From assembly GCA_964016885.1 (NCBI GenBank), contig OZ024743.1, positions 206,708,001 to 206,772,000 on the forward strand: a DNA stretch of 64,000 bases. The letters are read 5' to 3'. Each line of letters starts with the position of its first letter. Within the stretch, counting starts at the first letter, position 1. Below are positions 54,601-64,000 of the stretch, one piece after another. This stretch comes from Eledone cirrhosa. Lineage: Eukaryota. A program made the translations under genes and the position numbers. Below the pieces are notes generated by a model. The model was given only the letters and a program-made list of their open reading frames with translations, had not been told where the DNA came from and made no database searches.

Positions 54601-57600
54601 GTGACTGTGGTGTTGATACAGTGGTCTTACAGTAGTTGTGACTACGGTGTTGAATCAGTGGTCTTGCAGTAGTTGTGGCTCTGGTGTTGATACAGTGGTC
54701 TTACAGTAGTTGTGGCAGTGGTGTTGATACAGTGGTCTTACAGTAGTTGTGGCTGTGGTGTTGATACAGTGATCTTACAGTAGTTGTGACTGTGATGTTG
54801 ATACAATGGTGTTACAGTAGTTATAACTGTGGTGTTGATACAGTGTTCTTACAGTAGTTGTGACTATGGTGTAGATACAGTTGTCTTACAGTAGTTGTGA
54901 CTATGGTGTTGATACAGTGGTCTTATGACTATGGTGTTGATACAGTGGTCTTACAGTAGTTGTGACTATGGTGTTGATAAAGTGGTCTTACTGTAGTTGT
55001 GACTGTGGTGTTCATACAGTGGTCTTACAATAATTGTGACTATGGTGTTCATACAGTGGTCTTACAGTAGTTATGACTATGGTGTTGATACAGTGGTCTT
55101 ACAGTAGTTGTCACTATGGTGTTGATACAGTGGTCTTACAGTAGTTATGACTGTGGTGTTGATACAGTGTTCTTACAGTTATTGTGACTATGGTGTTGAT
55201 ACAGTGGTCTTACATTAGTTATGACTATGGTGATGATACAGTGGTCTTACGGTAGTTATGACTATGGTGTTCATACTGTGGTCTTACAGTAGTTGTGACT
55301 ATGGTGTTTATACAGTGGTCTTACTGTAGTTGTGACTGTGGTGTTGATACAGTGGTCTTACAGTAGTTGTGACTATGGTGTTGATACAGTAGTATTACAG
55401 TAGTTGTGATTATGGTGTTGATACAGTGGTCTTATGACTATGGTGTTGATACAGTGGTCTTACAGTAGTTATGACTATGGTGTTGATACAGTGGTCTTAA
55501 AGTAGTTGTGACTATGGTGTTGATACAGTGGTCTTATGACTATGGTGTTGATACAGTGGTCTTATTCTAGTTATGACTATGGTGTTGATACAGTGGACTT
55601 ACAGTAGTTTTGACTATGGTTTTGATACGGTGGTCTTAGAGTAGTTATGACTATGCTGTTGATACAGTGGGCTTATAGTAGTTGTGACTGTGGTGTTGAT
55701 ACAGTGTTCTTACGGTAGTTGTGACTGTGGTGTTGATACAGTGTTCTTACAGTTATTGTGACTATTGTGTTGATACAGTTGTCTTACAGTAGTTGTGACT
55801 ATGGTGTTGATACAGTGGTCTTACATTACTTATGACTATGGTGTTGATACAGTGGTCTTACGGTAGTTATGACTATGGTGTTCATACAGTGGTCTTACAG
55901 TAGTTGTGACTATGGGGTTGATACAGTGGTCTTACTGTAGTTGTGACTGTGGTGTTGATACAGTGGTCTTACAATAGTTGTGACTATGGTCTTGATACAG
56001 TGGTCTTACAGTAGTTATGACTATGGTGTTGATACAGTGGTCTTACAGTAGTTGTGACTATGGTGTTGATACAGTGGTCTTATGACTATGGTGTTGATAC
56101 AGTGGTCATACGGTAGTTATGACTATGGTGTTGATACAGTGATCTTACAGTAGTTGTGACCGCGGTGCTGACACAGTGGTTTTACAGTAGTTGTGACTAT
56201 GGTGGTGATACAGTGGTCTTACAGTAGTTGTGACTATGGTGTTGATACAGTGGTCTTAAAGTAGTTATGACTATGGTGTTGATACGGCGGACTTACAGTA
56301 GTTGTGACTATGGTGTTGATACAGTGGTCTTATGACTATGGTGTTGATACAGTGGTCTTACGGTAGTTATGACTATGGTGTTGATACAGTGGTCTTACAG
56401 TAGTTGTGACTATGGTTTTGATACGGTGGTCTTAGAGTAGTTATGACTATGCTGTTGATACAGTGGGCTTACAGTAGTTGTGACTGTGGTGTTGATACAG
56501 TGGTCTTAGAGTAGTTGTGACTGTGTTGTTGATACAGTGGTCTTACAGTAGTTGTGACTATGGCTTTTATACAGTGGTCTTACAGTAGTTGTGACTATGG
56601 TGTTGCTACAGTGGTATTAGAGACGTTGTGACAATGGTGTTGATACAGTGGTCTTACAGTACTTGTGACTATGGTGTTGATACAGTGGTCTTACAGACGT
56701 TGTGACTGTGGTGTTGATACAGTGGTCTTACATTAGTTGTGACTACGGTGTTGAATCAGTTGTCTTACAGTAGTTGTGATTATGGTGTTGATACAGTGGT
56801 CTTACAGTTGTGGCTGTGGTGTTGATACAGTGGTCTTACAGTAGTTGTGGCTGTGGTGTTGATATAGTGATCTTACAGTAGTTGTGACTGTGATGTTGAT
56901 ACAGTGGTCTTACAGTATTTATAACTGTGGGATTGATACAGTCTTCTTACAGTAGTTGTGACTATGGTGTAGATACAGTGGTCTTACAGTAGTTGTGACT
57001 ATGGTGTTGATACAGTGGTCTTACAGTAGTTGTGTCTATGTTGTTGATACAGTGGTCTTATGACTATGGTGTTGATACAGTGGTCTTTCGGTAGTTATGA
57101 CTATGGTGTTGATACAGTGGTCTTACAGTAGTTGTGACTATGGTGTTGATACAGTGGTCTTCTGACTATGGTGTTGATACAGAGGTCTTACGGTAGTTAT
57201 GACTATGGTGTTTATACAGTGGTCTTATGGTAGTTGTGACTATGGTGTTGATACAGTGGTATTACAGACGTTGTGACTATGGTGTTGATGCAGTGGTCTT
57301 ACAGTAGTTGTGACTATGGTGTTGATACAGTAGGCTTACAGTAGTTGTGAATTTTGTGTTGATACAGTGGTCTTACAGACGTTGTGACTGTGGTGTTGAT
57401 ACAGTGGTCTTACAGTAGTTGTGACTACGGTGTTGAATCAGTGGTCTTGCAGTAGTTGTGGCTCTGGTGTTGATACAGTGGTCTTACAGTAGTTGTGGCA
57501 GTGGTGTTGATACAGTGGTCTTACAGTAGTTGTGGCTGTGGTGTTGATACAGTGATCTTACAGTAGTTGTGACTGTGATGTTGATACAATGGTGTTACAG

Positions 57601-60600
57601 TAGTTATAACTGTGGTGTTGATACAGTGTTCTTACAGTAGTTGTGACTATGGTGTAGATACAGTTGTCTTACAGTAGTTGTGACTATGGTGTTGATACAG
57701 TGGTCTTATGACTATGGTGTTGATACAGTGGTCTTACAGTAGTTGTGACTATGGTGTTGATAAAGTGGTCTTACTGTAGTTGTGACTGTGGTGTTCATAC
57801 AGTGGTCTTACAATAATTGTGACTATGGTGTTCATACAGTGGTCTTACAGTAGTTATGACTATGGTGTTGATACAGTGGTCTTACAGTAGTTGTCACTAT
57901 GGTGTTGATACAGTGGTCTTACAGTAGTTATGACTGTGGTGTTGATACAGTGTTCTTACAGTTATTGTGACTATGGTGTTGATACAGTGGTCTTACATTA
58001 GTTATGACTATGGTGATGATACAGTGGTCTTACGGTAGTTATGACTATGGTGTTCATACTGTGGTCTTACAGTAGTTGTGACTATGGTGTTTATACAGTG
58101 GTCTTACTGTAGTTGTGACTGTGGTGTTGATACAGTGGTCTTACAGTAGTTGTGACTATGGTGTTGATACAGTAGTATTACAGTAGTTGTGATTATGGTG
58201 TTGATACAGTGGTCTTATGACTATGGTGTTGATACAGTGGTCTTACAGTAGTTATGACTATGGTGTTGATACAGTGGTCTTAAAGTAGTTGTGACTATGT
58301 TGTTGATACAGTGGTCTTATGACTATGGTGTTGATACAGTGGTCTTATTCTAGTTATGACTATGGTGTTGATACAGTGGACTTACAGTAGTTTTGACTAT
58401 GGTTTTGATACGGTGGTCTTAGAGTAGTTATGACTATGCTGTTGATACAGTGGGCTTACAGTAGTTGTGACTGTGGTGTTGATACATTGTTCTTACGGTA
58501 GTTGTGACTGTGGTGTTGATACAGTGTTCTTACAGTTATTGTGACTATTGTGTTGATACAGTTGTCTTACAGTTGTTGTGACTATGGTGTTGATACAGTG
58601 GTCTTACATTACTTATGACTATGGTGTTGATACAGTGGTCTTACGGTAGTTATGACTATGGTGTTCATACAGTGGTCTTACAGTAGTTGTGACTATGGGG
58701 TTGATACAGTGGTCTTACTGTAGTTGTGACTGTGGTGTTGATACAGTGGTCTTACAATAGTTGTGACTATGGTCTTGATACAGTGGTCTTACAGTAGTTA
58801 TGACTATGGTGTTGATACAGTGGTCTTACAGTAGTTGTGACTATGGTGTTGATACAGTGGTCTTATGACTATGGTGTTGATACAGTGGTCATACGGTAGT
58901 TATGACTATGGTGTTGATACAGTGATCTTACAGTAGTTGTGACCGCGGTGCTGACACAGTGGTTTTACAGTAGTTGTGACTATGGTGGTGATACAGTGGT
59001 CTTACAGTAGTTGTGACTATGGTGTTGATACAGTGGTCTTAAAGTAGTTATGACTATGGTGTTGATACGGCGGACTTACAGTAGTTGTGACTATGGTGTT
59101 GATACAGTGGTCTTATGACTATGGTGTTGATACAGTGGTCTTACGGTAGTTATGACTATGGTGTTGATACAGTGGTCTTACAGTAGTTGTGACTATGGTT
59201 TTGATACGGTGGTCTTAGAGTAGTTATGACTATGCTGTTGATACAGTGGGCTTACAGTAGTTGTGACTGTGGTGTTGATACAGTGGTCTTAGAGTAGTTG
59301 TGACTGTGTTGTTGATACAGTGGTCTTACAGTAGTTGTGACTATGGCTTTTATACAGTGGTCTTACAGTAGTTGTGACTATGGTGTTGCTACAGTGTTAT
59401 TAGAGACGTTGTGACAATGGTGTTGATACAGTGGTCTTACAGTACTTGTGACTATGGTGTTGATACAGTGGTCTTACAGACGTTGTGACTGTGGTGTTGA
59501 TACAGTGGTCTTACATTAGTTGTGACTACGGTGTTGAATCAGTTGTCTTACAGTAGTTGTGATTATGGTGTTGATACAGTGGTCTTACAGTTGTGGCTGT
59601 GGTGTTGATACAGTGGTCTTACAGTAGTTGTGGCTGTGGTGTTGATATAGTGATCTTACAGTAGTTGTGACTGTGATGTTGATACAGTGGTCTTACAGTA
59701 TTTATAACTGTGGGATTGATACAGTGTTCTTACAGTAGTTGTGACTATGGTGTAGATACAGTGGTCTTACAGTAGTTGTGACTATGGTGTTGATACAGTG
59801 GTCTTACAGTAGTTGTGTCTATGTTGTTGATACAGTGGTCTTATGACTATGGTGTTGATACAGTGGTCTTTCGGTAGTTATGACTATGGTGTTGATACAG
59901 TGGTCTTACAGTAGTTGTGACTATGGTGTTGATACAGTGGTCTTCTGACTATGGTGTTGATACAGAGGTCTTACGGTAGTTATGACTATGGCGTTTATAC
60001 AGTGGTCTTATGGTAGTTGTGACTATGGTGTTGATACAGTGGTATTACAGACGTTGTGACTATGGTGTTGATGCAGTGGTCTTACAGTAGTTGTGACTAT
60101 GGTGTTGATACAGTAGGCTTACAGTAGTTGTGAATTTTGTGTTGATACAGTGGTCTTACAGACGTTGTGTCTGTGGTGTTGATACAGTGGTCTTACAGTA
60201 GTTGTGACTACGGTGTTGAATCAGTGGTCTTGCAGTAGTTGTGGCTCTGGTGTTGATACAGTGGTCTTACAGTAGTTGTGGCAGTGGTGTTGATACAGTG
60301 GTCTTACAGTAGTTGTGGCTGTGGTGTTGATACAGTGATCTTACAGTAGTTGTGACTGTGATGTTGATACAATGGTGTTACAGTAGTTATAACTGTGGTG
60401 TTGATACAGTGTTCTTACAGTAGTTGTGACTATGGTGTAGATACAGTTGTCTTACAGTAGTTGTGACTATGGTGTTGATACAGTGGTCTTATGACTATGG
60501 TGTTGATACAGTGGTCTTACAGTAGTTGTGACTATGGTGTTGATAAAGTGGTCTTACTGTAGTTGTGACTGTGGTGTTCATACAGTGGTCTTACAATAAT

Positions 60601-62726
60601 TGTGACTATGGTGTTCATACAGTGGTCTTACAGTAGTTATGACTATGGTGTTGATACAGTGGTCTTACAGTAGTTGTCACTATGGTGTTGATACAGTGGT
60701 CTTACAGTAGTTATGACTGTGGTGTTGATACAGTGTTCTTACAGTTATTGTGACTATGGTGTTGATACAGTGGTCTTACATTAGTTATGACTATGGTGAT
60801 GATACAGTGGTCTTACGGTAGTTATGACTATGGTGTTCATACTGTGGTCTTACAGTAGTTGTGACTATGGTGTTTATACAGTGGTCTTACTGTAGTTGTG
60901 ACTGTGGTGTTGATACAGTGGTCTTACAGTAGTTGTGACTATGGTGTTGATACAGTAGTATTACAGTAGTTGTGATTATGGTGTTGATACAGTGGTCTTA
61001 TGACTATGGTGTTGATACAGTGGTTTACAGTAGTTATGACTATGGTGTTGATACAGTGGTCTTAAAGTAGTTGTGACTATGGTGTTGATACAGTGGTCTT
61101 ATGACTATGGTGTTGATACAGTAGTCTTATTCTAGTTATGACTATGGTGTTGATACAGTGGACTTACAGTAGTTTTGACTATGGTTTTGATACGGTGGTC
61201 TTAGAGTAGTTATGACTATGCTGTTGATACAGTGGGCTTACAGTAGTTGTGACTGTGGTGTTGATACAGTGTTCTTACGGTAGTTGTGACTGTGGTGTTG
61301 ATACAGTGTTCTTACAGTTATTGTGACTATTGTGTTGATACAGTTGTCTTACAGTAGTTGTGACTATGGTGTTGATACAGTGGTCTTACATTACTTATGA
61401 CTATGGTGTTGATACAGTGGTCTTACGGTAGTTATGACTATGGTGTTCATACAGTGGTCTTACAGTAGTTGTGACTATGGGGTTGATACAGTGGTCTTAC
61501 TGTAGTTGTGACTGTGGTGTTGATACAGTGGTCTTACAATAGTTGTGACTATGGTCTTGATACAGTGGTCTTACAGTAGTTATGACTATGGTGTTGATAC
61601 AGTGGTCTTACAGTAGTTGTGACTATGGTGTTGATACAGTGGTCTTATGACTATGGTGTTGATACAGTGGTCATACGGTAGTTATGACTATGGTGTTGAT
61701 ACAGTGATCTTACAGTAGTTGTGACCGCGGTGCTGACACAGTGGTTTTACAGTAGTTGTGACTATGGTGGTGATACAGTGGTCTTACAGTAGTTGTGACT
61801 ATGGTGTTGATACAGTGGTCTTAAAGTAGTTATGACTATGGTGTTGATACGGCGGACTTACAGTAGTTGTGACTATGGTGTTGATACAGTGGTCTTATGA
61901 CTATGGTGTTGATACAGTGGTCTTACGGTAGTTATGACTATGGTGTTGATACAGTGGTCTTACAGTAGTTGTGACTATGGTTTTGATACGGTGCTCTTAG
62001 AGTAGTTATGACTATGCTGTTGATACAGTGGGCTTACAGTAGTTGTGACTGTGGTGTTGATACAGTGGTCTTAGAGTAGTTGTGACTGTGTTGTTGATAC
62101 AGTGGTCTTACAGTAGTTGTGACAATGGCTTTTATACAGTGGTCTTACAGTAGTTGTGACTATGGTGTTGCTACAGTGTTATTAGAGACGTTGTGACAAT
62201 GGTGTTGATACAGTGGTCTTACAGTACTTGTGACTATGGTGTTGATACAGTGGTCTTACAGACGTTGTGACTGTGGTGTTGATACAGTGGTCTTACATTA
62301 GTTGTGACTACGGTGTTGAATCAGTTGTCTTACAGTAGTTGTGATTATGGTGTTGATACAGTGGTCTTACAGTTGTGGCTGTGGTGTTGATACAGTGGTC
62401 TTACAGTAGTTGTGGCTGTGGTGTTGATATAGTGATCTTACAGTAGTTGTGACTGTGATGTTGATACAGTGGTCTTACAGTATTTATAACTGTGGGATTG
62501 ATACAGTGTTCTTACAGTAGTTGTGACTATGGTGTAGATACAGTGGTCTTACAGTAGTTGTGACTATGGTGTTGATACAGTGGTCTTACAGTAGTTGTGT
62601 CTATGTTGTTGATACAGTGGTCTTATGACTATGGTGTTGATACAGTGGTCTTTCGGTAGTTATGACTATGGTGTTGATACAGTGGTCTTACAGTAGTTGT
62701 GACTATGGTGTTGATACAGTGGTCTT
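51590..62726 (+). repeat. Four tandem copies of a 2783-bp, 77-monomer HOR (first copy one monomer shorter)
   Basis: CCGCGG at 53377, 56160, 58943, 61725. CTTATGGTAG at 54441, 57224, 60007. Length decomposes as 69x37 + 7x28 + 1x34 = 2783, and seven 28-mers were counted in one copy. Confidence 0.92.
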
Positions 62727-64000
62727 ACAGTAGTTGTGCCTATGGTGTTGATACAGTGGTCTTATGACTATGTTGTTGATACAGTGGTCTTACAGTAGTT
62801 GTGCCTATGGTGTTGATACAGTGGCTTATGACTATGTTGTTGATACAGTGGTCTTGCGGCAGTTATGACTATGGTGTTGATACAGTTGTCTTACAGTAGT
62901 TGTGACTATGGTTTTGATACTGTGGTCTTAGAGTAGTTATGACTATGCTGTTGAAACAGTGGGCTTACAGTAGTTGTGACTGTGGTGTTGATACAGTGGT
63001 CTTAGAGTAGTTGTGACTGTGTTGTTGATACAGTGGTCTTACAGTAGTTGTGACTAGGGCTTTTATAGAGTGGTCTTACAGTAGTTATGACTATGGTGTT
63101 GATACAGTGGTCTTACGATAGATATGACTATGGTGTTTATACAGTGGTCTTACAGTAGTTGTGACTATGGTGTTCATACAGTGGTATTACAGACGTTGTG
63201 ACAATGGTGTTGATACAGTGGTCTTACAGTAGTTGTGACTATGGTGTTGATACAGTGGGCTTACAGTAGTTGTGACTATTGTGTGGATACAGTGGTCTTA
63301 CAGACGTTGTGATTGTGGTGTTGATACAGTGGTCTTTCAGTAGTTGTGACTACGGTGTTGAATCAGTGGTCTTACAGTAGTTGTGTTTATGGTGTTGATA
63401 CAGTGGTCTTACAGTAGTTGTGACTGTTGTGTTGATACAGTGGTCGTACAGTAGTTGTGGCTGTGGTGTTGATACAGTTATCTTACAGTAGTTGTGACTG
63501 TGATGTTGATAGAGTGGTTTTACAGAAGTTATAACTGTGGTGTTGATACAGTGTTCTTACAGTAGTTGTGACTAAGGTGTAGATACAGTGGTCTTACAGT
63601 AGTTGTGACTATGGTGTTGATACAGTGGTCTTATGATTATGGTGTTGATACAGTGGTCTAACTGTAGTTGTGACTGTGGTGTTGATACAGTGGTCTTACA
63701 GTAGTTGTGACTGTGGTGCTGATACAGTGGTCTTACAGTAGTTGTGACTGTGGTGTTGATACAGTTGTCTTACATTAGTTATGATTATGGTGTTGATACA
63801 GTGGTCTTACACTAGTTGTGACTGTGGTGTTGATACAGTGGTCTTACAGTAGTTGTGAGTGTGGTGTTGATACATTGGTCTTACAGTAGTTGTAACTGTG
63901 TTGTTGATACAGTGGTCTTACAGTAGTTGTGACTATAGTGTTGATACAGTGGTTTTGCAGTAGATGTGACTGTGGTGTTGATACAGTGGTCTTACAGTAG

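Larger units (their letters stand above)
1..64000 (+). repeat. 37-bp tandem satellite array, consensus GATACAGTGGTCTTACAGTAGTTRTGACTRTGGTGTT, interspersed with 28-bp deletion monomers; open at both window ends
   Basis: Monomer starts recur every 37 bp (e.g. GATAC at 33 and 70) in the same orientation from first to last base. Most monomers are within 0-3 substitutions of consensus. No non-repeat sequence seen. Confidence 0.99.

Noticed and set aside
1-64000. CRISPR array (37- and 28-bp units match typical direct-repeat lengths)
   Set aside because: Units abut directly with no unique spacers. There is no leader or cas gene, and the variation is inherited in duplicated blocks.
1-64000. Giant repetitive protein (mucin-like Thr/Ser/His-rich on the - strand; Val/Thr/Gly-rich on the + strand)
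   Set aside because: 37 and 28 are not multiples of 3, so any frame cycles through all phases. Per 111 bp the + strand meets TAG/TGA/TGA and the - strand meets TAG/TAA. Frame-shifting monomers (36, 38, 41 bp) are tolerated.
1-64000. Minus-strand ORF under a TAA/TAG=Gln genetic code (the consensus - strand has no TGA)
   Set aside because: Common variants (TTCATA, GTCACT, GAATCA on +) introduce TGA on the - strand, and there is no triplet periodicity or codon-position bias. Absence of TGA is explained by the strand's low G content.
1-64000. Telomerase-templated long telomeric repeat (TGGTGT core resembles budding-yeast repeats)
   Set aside because: The unit is longer than the yeast telomerase repeats I know (up to about 26 bp). 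Variants are copied in kb-scale blocks, which indicates DNA-level duplication rather than synthesis from one RNA template.
1-64000. Variant order as an encoded information store or diversity-generating cassette system
   Set aside because: Patterns are explained by point mutation plus in-register block duplication. There is no reverse transcriptase, recombinase, template/variable pair or expression locus in the window.

Overview
The whole 64 kb window is one uninterrupted head-to-tail tandem array (satellite or very large minisatellite) that runs off both ends. The consensus monomer is 37 bp, GATACAGTGGTCTTACAGTAGTT(G/A)TGACT(A/G)TGGTGTT. It is about 41% GC, and the + strand is 25/37 G+T. A common 28-bp monomer lacks 9 bp, and the window holds roughly 1,750-1,800 monomers. 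I found no unique sequence, protein-coding gene, RNA gene, transposase or CRISPR spacer. The structure lies in the order of variant monomers, which defines nested higher-order repeats (HORs) and block duplications at offsets of about 2.6-3.0 kb, 6449, 3739, 5518, 4139, 3783, 2783 and 24724 bp. Diagnostic variants switch at about 35 kb. A fold-back monomer forming a 15-bp-stem/7-nt-loop hairpin occurs in seven copies between 8.2 and 27.9 kb. The pattern fits eukaryotic satellite DNA, but host and function cannot be determined from the sequence. I see no support for a novel gene-encoded system. All coordinates were read by eye, and block boundaries are approximate.
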